Part shown: one piece after another, positions 28,740 through 37,941 of the stretch
How the letters are laid out: each line of letters opens with the position of its first letter
How positions within the stretch are numbered: position 1 is the first letter of the stretch
NCBI GenBank assembly: GCA_025464815.1
Contig: JAODMW010000061.1
Coordinates: 1-52,013, forward strand
DNA length: 52,013 nt
From: Microbacteriaceae bacterium
GTDB lineage: Bacteria; Actinomycetota; Actinomycetes; Actinomycetales; Microbacteriaceae
Direction of reading: 5' to 3'
Translations under genes and position numbers: made by a program
The notes under the pieces: model-generated
The model's input: the letters and a program-made list of their open reading frames with translations, nothing else
What the model was told of the DNA's origin: nothing
Databases searched by the model: none

Positions 28740-31528
28740 CGGGTTCTTCCCTCGGGGTTTCCATCGGACTCGACCAGAATCCTCACCGGCCCGATCAGCC
28801 CATGCGGCTGTGAGGAATCCGGGCCGATCAGGTCGGAGATTCCGCTGGCGATCACGGCGTTGCGAAGCGCTGTTCGAACTTCGATCTCGATCTCCTCTCC
28901 ATTCACGAGACCCTCACCGAGATCGATGACGGTGTCATCGACGTAGGCCGTGCCGAACACCCGGTCGCCTATCCGCACCACGGCAGACCCGGCGAGCCTG
29001 CCAAGGTTGATGACCGTGGGCAGCCCGACGAGTTCATCAGGGAGCACCACTCGGGCGGTGTAACGTCCGGTTCCCGAGACGTGCTGCAGCGCCTCCACGT
29101 CCCTCCAGTCCTTTGGGCCGACACCGTCGAGCGCGATGGTGCGGGGGCCAGCCGGTTCCTCGCTACTCACGTCGAGCCGCCACCCCTCAACGGCGAGCTC
29201 GACCTCCGTGGCGGTGTGCCCGTCGTCGATGGGCTCGGGTTCGGCGGACAGGTCGAGTTCGAATACCCGCACCCCAAGCGCAGGGATGCGCGTCGGAACG
29301 GTGGTGCGGTCGCCCTCCGCCCTGTGCGCCGTGGCGAGAACGCGCCCGGTGGCCAGGTCGAGCTCGCGCACGCGACCGACCCCCTCGAGCGATAGCTTCA
29401 CGGAAATCGGCTGTGAATGCGTGTTGTAGACCAGGATGTAGCGGGTCGATGCTGCTTCGCGCCATTGGGAGAGCAATGCCGCGCCACCGGCCACCACCCG
29501 TGGAACGAGTCCGAGACGAGCGAACGCGTCGGACGCCTCCGACATCACTTCGACGTGCGTCGCCGAGGGCGCGGCCAGCGTTCGAGCAATCGCGGCACGC
29601 ACCCGCTCATCGCCCGCGCTACCATGTGCGAATCCGGAATCGGCCGCGGGTAGCTCGCCGACGATAACGACGCGCACCCCGTGCTCGGCCGCCTCGGCCA
29701 TGGCCTCTGCCGCCTCGGGCGGAAGCATCCGCTCGTCGACGATGAGTCCGTGGTAGGCCGGCCCCTCGGGGAACAGCGTGCCGTCGTCGCCGACGGTGCC
29801 CGCTTCGGCGAGCCCGATGGGGTCGACGAACTGCACAGTGAAGCCCGCCGTTTCGAGAGACTCCGTGTCGGCAAGACGTGCAGGAGCGGTCGCGTCCAGG
29901 CTCGCGTCCCGCACACCGCGCGCGGCAGTCGTCAGAAAACCGTCGCGATAGATGGCGATGTCCGTGCGCGCAACCCCCGTCTCGAGTACAACGGTGCCTC
30001 GCGCCCAGTAGTCGGTGAGAGACGGCCAATTGGCCCACTCGGGAAAGTGGGTGTCATTCCAGCTGTCCGAGACGATGTGCTGCTCGAATCGGGTCTGTGT
30101 CGGCCACGCAGCTCCGGGCTCCTGCGTGGCCACCCCGTGCAGAAAGGGCTTGGTGATCCCCGCCGCCCACTCCTTCGCGAGCATCTGTTGCAGATCCCCG
30201 AGGGTGAAAGTGTAGGCAGCCCGAAACTGTGCGCCGAGTTCCGTGCTGATGCGCACCGCGCCCCCCTGGTGCGCCCCACCCACGATGGATCGTTGCGAGT
30301 CGAGGGCGAAGCGCCAGGTGGCGTTCGAGCGGTCGATCGGCGCGCGGTCCCCGGAGTTCAACGATTCGCCCTCGGCTCGCCCTCCGGCCCGCACAAACTC
30401 GCGATTGCTGCGAATCGCATCAAGGTTCTGGCCGTACGCCATCTGCGATTTGTGCCGCAATCCGTGACCCGCGGACCATTTCTGCAGCCGGAGCAGATGA
30501 TCGGAGATATAGAGGTCGGTCAGTAGGCGATAGTAGTCGCGGCGCACCCGCGCACCGACACCGGTATCCAGCTCGAAGTCGGACATCGGCTCCTCGTTCG
30601 GCACCCAGAAGCGGCACATCCCGTGCGCGAAGAGCAGGGGAAGGTAGGGCGTCACATCGTAGCCATGGCGTTCCGTGAAGCGTTCAAGCATCTCGGATGT
30701 CCAGAACAGCGAGTCAGCGTTGAGCTCCAGCGAATCCTCAAAGAGTTCGGTGCCGACCCTGCCGAGCAGCTCACGGTTGCCCGCACCGATCTGATGCTCG
30801 TCGAGGTATTCGGTGGCAGCCTGCGTGGCACGCCCATCCAGAAAATTCGTCACGCCCTGCTCGCAGTCACGCATCCAGAAAGCGAAGACCATCCAGTCGC
30901 CGTCGTGTGGCTCCCACGGAATCGTGGAATCGACGAGCTGCGATGTCAGGTCGATCAGTGATTCCGAGTCGAGCACGGTCGAAGCGAGGGGCGGATTGAT
31001 CACACGACGAGGGGGAATCCAAGGATCCTCCACCGTGACGACGGCGGGCGGTTCATTCCAGTGCACGACCCGGGCGGCGGTGACTCGCACGAGGGTCGAC
31101 GGGCGTTCGGCGTCGACATCGTCGAACGGAGCCGGAAGACGTACCGGTCCCGATTCTCCACCGGAGAGCCGCACCGATCCGTACTGCAGTTCCCGGGTGC
31201 TGCACCCCGTGCCCGTCGTCGTGTTCGGCGTCTTGAGGGGCCACGACGCCCCCAGCGTCATCGCCACCCCTACGCCGAGGCGCTCCGCCTCGCTCAGGAC
31301 CGCTCCCAGCGCATCACGCTGCTTCTCATCGCCCCAGAACCCCTGGCTGAAGGCGATCTCCACCTCGCGAAAACCCGCGTCTGCTATCGCCCGCAACTGG
31401 CGAGTGAGCTCCTCGACCGCGACCGCGCTTTGCCACCACCAACGCAGGCCGGGCCGGTCGTCGGCCTCAGGATTCGCGAATCGCTCCGGGTCGAGCGGTT
31501 CGGGACGGATATGCGGACGATCGAGCAT
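28736..31528 (-). CDS. Glycoside hydrolase, GH106-like (alpha-L-rhamnosidase family)
   Basis: RFANP..DDRPGLRWWW, FEDSLE, ISTELGA, C-terminal SGTGRY and HGLIGPV jelly-roll motifs. Confidence 0.75.
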   Translation of the reverse strand: MLDRPHIRPEPLDPERFANPEADDRPGLRWWWQSAVAVEELTRQLRAIADAGFREVEIAFSQGFWGDEKQRDALGAVLSEAERLGVGVAMTLGASWPLKTPNTTTGTGCSTRELQYGSVRLSGGESGPVRLPAPFDDVDAERPSTLVRVTAARVVHWNEPPAVVTVEDPWIPPRRVINPPLASTVLDSESLIDLTSQLVDSTIPWEPHDGDWMVFAFWMRDCEQGVTNFLDGRATQAATEYLDEHQIGAGNRELLGRVGTELFEDSLELNADSLFWTSEMLERFTERHGYDVTPYLPLLFAHGMCRFWVPNEEPMSDFELDTGVGARVRRDYYRLLTDLYISDHLLRLQKWSAGHGLRHKSQMAYGQNLDAIRSNREFVRAGGRAEGESLNSGDRAPIDRSNATWRFALDSQRSIVGGAHQGGAVRISTELGAQFRAAYTFTLGDLQQMLAKEWAAGITKPFLHGVATQEPGAAWPTQTRFEQHIVSDSWNDTHFPEWANWPSLTDYWARGTVVLETGVARTDIAIYRDGFLTTAARGVRDASLDATAPARLADTESLETAGFTVQFVDPIGLAEAGTVGDDGTLFPEGPAYHGLIVDERMLPPEAAEAMAEAAEHGVRVVIVGELPAADSGFAHGSAGDERVRAAIARTLAAPSATHVEVMSEASDAFARLGLVPRVVAGGAALLSQWREAASTRYILVYNTHSQPISVKLSLEGVGRVRELDLATGRVLATAHRAEGDRTTVPTRIPALGVRVFELDLSAEPEPIDDGHTATEVELAVEGWRLDVSSEEPAGPRTIALDGVGPKDWRDVEALQHVSGTGRYTARVVLPDELVGLPTVINLGRLAGSAVVRIGDRVFGTAYVDDTVIDLGEGLVNGEEIEIEVRTALRNAVIASGISDLIGPDSSQPHGLIGPVRILVESDGNPEGRTR

Positions 31529-31538
31529 GGCGAATCCC

Positions 31539-32474
31539 TTAGGCGACGTCGGTCGAAAAGCCGTCCAACCAGTGGATGATACGAGCGATGCTCCGCTGCG
31601 CCTCGGCAGTGTGTGGACGATCGAGATGACCGTGTGTGCTGCCCGGTTCGAAAATGACACCTATCGGCACACCGGCATCCATCGCCTGCCGCGCGAACTC
31701 CTCCCCGGAATAGCGATGCTCGTCACTCTCCGAATTCAGGATGAGCATCGGAGGCATGCCCCTGAGATCCGCGTGCCCCGCGTAGGCGTACGGGTCGTCG
31801 GGATCCTGCTCGGAACCCAGATAGTTCGTGGCTATCGCGGTCACCATGCTCTGCGGAAAGCGCTGACTCGGCGACAGAGTCTCTGCCGCGACGCGCGCGG
31901 CGGCCGATGGCTCGGGAAGCACAGTGTGAACCTGCGGATACACGAGCACGAGCGAGGCAGGCAGCTGCCCCTGTCCGTCGCGCAGACGCACACCAACACC
32001 GGCGGCAAGATTGCCGCCGGCGCTGGCGCCACCCAGGTGCATGGCATCCGCACTCACGCCGAGTTCACCGACGGCCCAGTTCCATGCATCGAGCAGGTCG
32101 AGAGACGGCACCGGAAAGTGCACCCCGAATAGTGCCTTGGTGTACTCGACAGAAACCACAGCGAAACCACGGGCCGCCACAGCAAGGGAGACCCAATTGG
32201 CTTCGGGCATGTCGAGGTTGCCGCCAATGAAGCTGCCGCCGTGGGCCCAGACGAGACCGCCTCGCGGTGGCCCCTCTGGTAGATAGAGCCGGGCGGCGAT
32301 GTCACCGTGACGTGCCGGGATCCGGACGTCGCGCAGGCTCACCGTGCCGAGCTCCGGATAGCACTCCACGAGCGATGCCGTGTCGACATCCGTTCTCGGA
32401 TCAGGGCCGAACGTGCCTTCCTCAAGACTGCGGATGACGTCTGCGAACGACGACGTAGCGTCAGCGGTATTCAT
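31539..32474 (-). CDS. Alpha/beta hydrolase (HSL-family esterase)
   Basis: HGGSF oxyanion motif, GASAGG nucleophile, THGH. Confidence 0.9.
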   Translation of the reverse strand: MNTADATSSFADVIRSLEEGTFGPDPRTDVDTASLVECYPELGTVSLRDVRIPARHGDIAARLYLPEGPPRGGLVWAHGGSFIGGNLDMPEANWVSLAVAARGFAVVSVEYTKALFGVHFPVPSLDLLDAWNWAVGELGVSADAMHLGGASAGGNLAAGVGVRLRDGQGQLPASLVLVYPQVHTVLPEPSAAARVAAETLSPSQRFPQSMVTAIATNYLGSEQDPDDPYAYAGHADLRGMPPMLILNSESDEHRYSGEEFARQAMDAGVPIGVIFEPGSTHGHLDRPHTAEAQRSIARIIHWLDGFSTDVA

Positions 32475-32539
32475 GGCTCACCTTCATGTTTTTCAGGGTC
32501 GATTTTTCAGGGTCGAGGACTGTCTCGCCAGGCAGGCAT

Positions 32540-35080
32540 TCACCAGTTCGGACCGGCAGCCGCGAACGTGTACCGGCCGGCTTCGGGGAGTACGGCGTTC
32601 TCGATGCCCGGAAACGACGGCCCAGATCGATCGACATCGTGTACAAGCACTCCGTGGAACTCAGCCGGAAAACTGAGGGTCGCGACGCAGCCGACGGGAA
32701 TCTCGACCGAGAGCCTCGGGCCACTCGGATCGAAGTAGACCGAGACCGCTCCGTTTGGAGTGATAGTTGTGCCCTGCACGAAGGGAAGACCGGCCGAAGC
32801 CGGCTTGATGGAGATCGCTCCGCTGCCCTTTCCGGTGAACGTGACGCCGAGCAGGTTTTCGTGCAGCCAGAGGAGGGGTACGGAGCCCCAGCCGTGCGAA
32901 CCGGTCGCGTCGACGGGCTGTGCCGTATTGATCTCGCCTGGAGCGAGCCCACGGTCTGCCCTGGACACCCAGTATTCGGGCAGAGGGCCACCGTATGGCC
33001 CCTGGAGCGACAGCGGAAGGAGATTGCGCGGATGCCCCGGCAGGTATGGCGCGTACCGTTCGATCAGGTGCGCGATGGCCCGACGCTCGTATCCGTGCGC
33101 GCTCAGCGCGCTCAGAACGCGATACACGGTGCTGGGGTTGTTCCAGCGTGCAATGCCGCGCGGCGGCGAGCCCACCGGCTCGGGAAAGACGAAGTCGATG
33201 AGCTCTCTCGCCTCCTGGCCATCGATCGAACCATCGAGAAGCGGTGCGAGCTGCCCGGTCTGCCCGTATCCGTCATGCCCACCGCTTGCAGGGTCGTAGA
33301 CATCGGCAACGATGGCGCTCACCCCTTCGTGGGAGCGAACCACGTGAGATCGCCGAAAGCTCTCAGACATGCGCTGGGCCGTGGCCCTCCAGAGCTCGGC
33401 ATGCGCGGCATCCTGAAGAGCATCGGCCATTACCGCACTCCATCGGAGTCTTTCGATGATCCACGGCGTGATGAGGCCGCTCGATGCGCCAACGGGCGGC
33501 CGGGGAGAGTTGCGAACATCGCCGAGCACCCAACTCGCTCGCCAGATGCCGTCGTCGCCGACATCATCGAGGAGCCTGTCCCACAGCCGAAGAGCCGTTG
33601 GCCAATGACGCCTCAGAAAGTCGAGATCGTTATGCCAGACGAAGTCGTCGTAGAGCATCGCGACCCACTGCACCGACCAGTCCCACGGTGCAGGGTAGGC
33701 GGGAAAATTGCTGGGGAAGAAGGGATGCAGCTGACCATCGCTTCCCTGACCCTCGGCGAGCGTCCTGATCGCCAGCCGCCTCAGACGCGTGTCACCGAAC
33801 CAGCGTTCGGCGATCTGGGCGCGCGGCCTCGCATCCTCGATCCACTGGCCGTCCTCTCGGCCCGGAGTGTCGACAAAAGCGTCGGACATCGTGACTTCAG
33901 CGTGAATTTCGCACAGCCTGACGATCTGGTCAAGTCGCTCGTCTCCTGATCGGAACGACCCGCGCGGCTCGATCGCATACTGCGACTTCACGAAGCCCAG
34001 GTCGTGGATGACGACACTGCCCGTGGCCGGAAAAGTGATGTGCACGGTCATCCATCGCGCGGTTCGCTCGTCGGGAAGCTCATACCGTCTCCGCTCGGTC
34101 GTGGCGAGCACGTGGTCGGCGTAGCCTCGCCCGACGACGCCGTCGACATCGATCCGGCCGTCTTCGCTGACGAGCGTGTGGCCGTCGTAGGGCGAGACCG
34201 CAAGCTCGCCGTATCCGACGTCGATGTCGACATTGACATCCGCCGACGATTCAAGGAAGGGATAGCCGTGCACCGGCCGGCCGAAGTCAATCGTGAGGTA
34301 CCGGGTTTCGCCGGCCTGTCCGTCGATTGTGACGGCCTGACCGTCGACCAAACTGCCCAGACGGTGCAGCATCGTGCGGTCGGGCGAGAGGCGAGAGGCG
34401 GCGAGCACCGACGGTGACGATTCTCCTTCGTCGACCGTTAGTGTCGAGCGTCCGGCGGCAAGGATGGAAAGGGGGCGCTGGTCACTCTCGCGCTGTGCCG
34501 GTGTCTCCACGACCGCGGGCTTATGAGGCCAGGGGCCGTTGTCGACTATCGCAACAGGGCCCCAGCCTTCTTCGCGGTCAGTCGAGAGGCCGACATCGCC
34601 GCGCAGATCACGGGCTGCCCTTGCGTTCCAGTAGACAGGAAAGCGCACGCGCGGGGCGTCATCCGCCAGCCCGAGAAACTGGTTGTCGTGGCTCTCGAAT
34701 TCGTCGGCGGCCTTCCACTCCCAGCTCTCGTCACTCACCATCCAGGAGCTTTCGAGGTACAGCCCGGCGTGGGCGTTCTGTGTTCTCTGGAAGGTCGTGA
34801 TTCCACCCCAGTTGTGATGAAGTACGGTCACAACGTTCGCACCGTTCCGCAGCAGCCTGGCTGCGTCGACCTGCTCCGCACGCACCTCCGGCTCGTGGAA
34901 TCGAGTGACCTTGCGGCGGAGCGGATGTCCGTTGAGCCAGAGTTGAGCGGTGCTGTCCGCGGCGAAACGAAGTGAGGCATCCACCGGCGGTTCGTCGAGA
35001 GTGATGACCGTTCGAAACCAGGTGAAGGCGTTGCGCGGCGACGGATGTCCGTCTCTTCTCCAGATCCACTGCGCTGTCAT
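32540..35080 (-). CDS. Divergent GH78-like glycoside hydrolase
   Basis: AQWIW, FAADS..LWLNG, IDFGR, DAFVDTPGREDGQWIED, PEYW, SHGWGSVP. Confidence 0.75.
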   Translation of the reverse strand: MTAQWIWRRDGHPSPRNAFTWFRTVITLDEPPVDASLRFAADSTAQLWLNGHPLRRKVTRFHEPEVRAEQVDAARLLRNGANVVTVLHHNWGGITTFQRTQNAHAGLYLESSWMVSDESWEWKAADEFESHDNQFLGLADDAPRVRFPVYWNARAARDLRGDVGLSTDREEGWGPVAIVDNGPWPHKPAVVETPAQRESDQRPLSILAAGRSTLTVDEGESSPSVLAASRLSPDRTMLHRLGSLVDGQAVTIDGQAGETRYLTIDFGRPVHGYPFLESSADVNVDIDVGYGELAVSPYDGHTLVSEDGRIDVDGVVGRGYADHVLATTERRRYELPDERTARWMTVHITFPATGSVVIHDLGFVKSQYAIEPRGSFRSGDERLDQIVRLCEIHAEVTMSDAFVDTPGREDGQWIEDARPRAQIAERWFGDTRLRRLAIRTLAEGQGSDGQLHPFFPSNFPAYPAPWDWSVQWVAMLYDDFVWHNDLDFLRRHWPTALRLWDRLLDDVGDDGIWRASWVLGDVRNSPRPPVGASSGLITPWIIERLRWSAVMADALQDAAHAELWRATAQRMSESFRRSHVVRSHEGVSAIVADVYDPASGGHDGYGQTGQLAPLLDGSIDGQEARELIDFVFPEPVGSPPRGIARWNNPSTVYRVLSALSAHGYERRAIAHLIERYAPYLPGHPRNLLPLSLQGPYGGPLPEYWVSRADRGLAPGEINTAQPVDATGSHGWGSVPLLWLHENLLGVTFTGKGSGAISIKPASAGLPFVQGTTITPNGAVSVYFDPSGPRLSVEIPVGCVATLSFPAEFHGVLVHDVDRSGPSFPGIENAVLPEAGRYTFAAAGPNW

Positions 35081-35150
35081 CGATGGCGCCCTTCGCTGTG
35101 CCTCACGATACAGAGAGACCGAAGGACGAGAGAGCTCCGCCCTTCGCCGC

Positions 35151-37865
35151 TCATTGGATCGTGACCTTGTCCAGGAACGCTGTGTTGTCTCCGACGTTCG
35201 TGCCCGTGAACTGAATCGTGTGCGCTCCGGCCGTCGTCGTGAAGCTCGGTGAGGTGAAGCTCTGGAACGCGCCGCCAGAGGGCGGAGTGAACACCGAGGT
35301 GTTGATTTTGGTGCCGTCGACGTAGAAGTCGAGCGCCTGGGCACCACCATTGTTCGTGCGCTGAGCGACGGAGAATGTCACTGTGTGTGCTCCGGCCGAG
35401 AGATTCAGTGTTTGCTTCGCCGAATCCGTTCCCTGGATGAATGCGGTCTGCTGGCCTTCGGCCGCTCCCTGCGTCCCGCTGAAGGCACTGTGGCTGCGCT
35501 GCACCCCGGCATTCCCGAGGAATTGCCAGACACCGGCCGGCTGGTAGGTGTAGAAATTCGCGGATGGGTCTTCGAACCCGCTGTCGAGTAAACGATTCGC
35601 ATAGAGTGCACCACTGCCGGAGACGACGACACTGTCGATGTTCGTGGCGCCGGCCGTGTCGATCGGATCAACCCGCAACCACATCACCTCACCGGTCCAC
35701 AGAGGGTTGGACGCCATGTTGACGGTGTACGTCGTATATCCGCTGTTCGGCACCACAGTGAAAGGCACCGCTTTCGATTCGCTCGTCCCCGTCGACGATG
35801 CGGTGGTGAAGTAGATCCTTCCCGTGGTGCTGCTCGTGGCATTGCTCATCCGGATGGTCACCGTCGAGGCGGATGCGGCATCGATGTGCAGTTGATTCGA
35901 TGACTCGATGCGGGGGTCGGTCCCGGTTGATGTGAGGTTGAGCGCGCTGAGATCCGTCCCCGGCGCAGTGCTCGATGTCGCGCCGTAGACATTCCAGCCT
36001 GCTTCGTGGCCGCCGTTGAAGCCCCAGTTGTAGGCCTGGCTCGGCCGGGAGGTGTACGCCACACTCGGCGTCCAACTCGCCTTGTCGTACGACGAATCGC
36101 CGTTCGCACTCGTCTCGAAACGGATGACGTCGCCGGCGTTGACCGCCACGTTGTCGAGCACGGAACCGACCCCCGTGTACTCGTCCCCGGCAGCGATTGT
36201 CTGCGTGCCGCTGGCCGGCCAGATCTGGCTGCCGTTCTTGGTGATACGGGCGAGGATGCCATTGCCTAGCGCGGCGTTGTCCGATTTGAGGATGCGTCCC
36301 CGCAGGCTCACCGTGCCGGTGCTCGGTGCCGTCCATGCCCTGGCGACCCAGTTCGCCGCCGAGGTTCCCGGATGCTGATCGAACTGGGTGATCTCGGGAG
36401 TCCCCTGCCCGGATGGGGTCCACTTCTCGGACGCCGCGTTATAGACCAGGTTGGAATAGTTGACTCCGTCGAAGGATTGGTACGACCACCCGTTCAGTCC
36501 CTGGGTGCCGCTGAAATCCGCGGCGGAGAAATACACGTTTCCAGATCCGTTGGACAGCGTCTGGTTGTTCGTCGTCGAAAAGCCGCCGAAGCCACCGCTC
36601 TGATCGAAGAGAAAGTTCGTGTTGACGTTGATGTTGTCCTTGATCGTTCCCGTGATGGGAGACGCGACGTCGGCCAGGTTGAGCACCAGAATCGGGCCGA
36701 ATCCCTGGGGGATACCGTTGTTGATCATCACATTGGAGGACGACTCGTTGTTCGTCGAATAGTCGCCTGGGCGGTTCCCGAGACGCAGGAACGACATCGC
36801 CGAACCGGCAGTGTTCTCGAAAAGAGAATTCTGGGCTCTCACGTTGTTGTTGAAGATCTCGAAGTCGATCGCGTCTTCGTCGTTCGAGCCGGTGTGAGCG
36901 ACGTTGGTGAACATCGAGTTCACGATCGACACGTCTTCCAGGTGACCCAGAATCACGGCCGTCGTGCCGCCGACATTCCAACACGGCGCCTCATTGTTCA
37001 GCGCCGAATTCATAACGACCGCGTGTTTGACGGTGAAGAGGCGAAGTGCCTCGTCGCACTGCCAGTTGTCGTCGTGACTGGCAAGATGATTGATCACGAC
37101 GTTCTGCACCATGTTGGCCCCGGCTCCGCCGCTGCTTCCGACGTTGGAGGTGACCTGCTCGCCCGGTCCGAGCATGTCGATGCCGACGGTGTTCAGATTG
37201 TGGTCGCCACTGATGTCGTCCATCCGAACACCTTTGATGAAGTAGTCGGTGGAGGAGAATGTGGTGTGTTTGCCGGTGATCTGGATGCCGGAGGAGTTGC
37301 GCACGTTGTCTGCTATGGCACTCGGGACCTGCGCGCCGGCGCCGTCCTGCTGGAAGTAGATCAGGCCCTTGATGTCGTGCACATAGATGTCCGTGAAGCT
37401 CAGTCCGTTGTGACCCTTCGTGTCATAGAAGGCCAGGATGCCTGAGGCCGCGTTGGCGACCTCGAGGTGGCTGAAGCTCCAGTAGTCCCCGTCGACTAGC
37501 TTGATGCCCCGATCGTCCACCGATCCGTTTCGGCTGATCTTCGGGTTGGCGCCGCTTCCGTACGCGCTGACCGATATTCCGCTGGTGGACGTGCCGGAAC
37601 CCGAAAGGTTCATCTGCTGGTTCCAGGTGGCGCCCTTCGCGAGAAGGATCTGGTCTCCTGGTTCGAATGCGCCATGCGAGTTGATCGGGGTGAACGTGCA
37701 CCAGGGCTGTGCAAGCGATGCCGGCCCCGTGTCGCTGCAGTTGGATCCGGTCTGATTGTTGACGTAGAAGGTCGTGTTTGTCGCCCACGCCGGTTGGCTG
37801 ATTCCGGTCAGGGCCAGCGCGGCCAGTGCGCCCGCGGCCAGTGCGGCGATCATTCTTCTCTTCAT
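35151..37865 (-). CDS. Secreted right-handed beta-helix protein with C-terminal CBM-like beta-sandwich domains
   Basis: Signal peptide MKRRMIAALAAGALAALAL...AWA; FYV..PW.T..FEPGDQILLAKGATW...AYGSGANPKI; Asn/Thr-rich repeats; three C-terminal modules. Confidence 0.75.
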   Translation of the reverse strand: MKRRMIAALAAGALAALALTGISQPAWATNTTFYVNNQTGSNCSDTGPASLAQPWCTFTPINSHGAFEPGDQILLAKGATWNQQMNLSGSGTSTSGISVSAYGSGANPKISRNGSVDDRGIKLVDGDYWSFSHLEVANAASGILAFYDTKGHNGLSFTDIYVHDIKGLIYFQQDGAGAQVPSAIADNVRNSSGIQITGKHTTFSSTDYFIKGVRMDDISGDHNLNTVGIDMLGPGEQVTSNVGSSGGAGANMVQNVVINHLASHDDNWQCDEALRLFTVKHAVVMNSALNNEAPCWNVGGTTAVILGHLEDVSIVNSMFTNVAHTGSNDEDAIDFEIFNNNVRAQNSLFENTAGSAMSFLRLGNRPGDYSTNNESSSNVMINNGIPQGFGPILVLNLADVASPITGTIKDNINVNTNFLFDQSGGFGGFSTTNNQTLSNGSGNVYFSAADFSGTQGLNGWSYQSFDGVNYSNLVYNAASEKWTPSGQGTPEITQFDQHPGTSAANWVARAWTAPSTGTVSLRGRILKSDNAALGNGILARITKNGSQIWPASGTQTIAAGDEYTGVGSVLDNVAVNAGDVIRFETSANGDSSYDKASWTPSVAYTSRPSQAYNWGFNGGHEAGWNVYGATSSTAPGTDLSALNLTSTGTDPRIESSNQLHIDAASASTVTIRMSNATSSTTGRIYFTTASSTGTSESKAVPFTVVPNSGYTTYTVNMASNPLWTGEVMWLRVDPIDTAGATNIDSVVVSGSGALYANRLLDSGFEDPSANFYTYQPAGVWQFLGNAGVQRSHSAFSGTQGAAEGQQTAFIQGTDSAKQTLNLSAGAHTVTFSVAQRTNNGGAQALDFYVDGTKINTSVFTPPSGGAFQSFTSPSFTTTAGAHTIQFTGTNVGDNTAFLDKVTIQ

Positions 37866-37900
37866 GACATCCTCGTCTTCGTTGAAGGGGTCTTGCATGA

Positions 37901-37932
37901 GGGGCGGGTCATCGTTGCCGACGGCCCGCCCC
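37901..37932 (-). terminator. GC-rich stem-loop after the binding-protein gene (attenuator or mRNA stabiliser)
   Basis: GGGGCGGG...CCCGCCCC inverted repeat; no U tract. Confidence 0.5.
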
Positions 37933-37941
37933 TGGTGACGC

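Noticed and set aside
32489-32516. 14-bp tandem duplication TTTTTCAGGGTCGA x2 upstream of the esterase
   Set aside because: Real but isolated; most simply a slippage duplication with no evidence of function.
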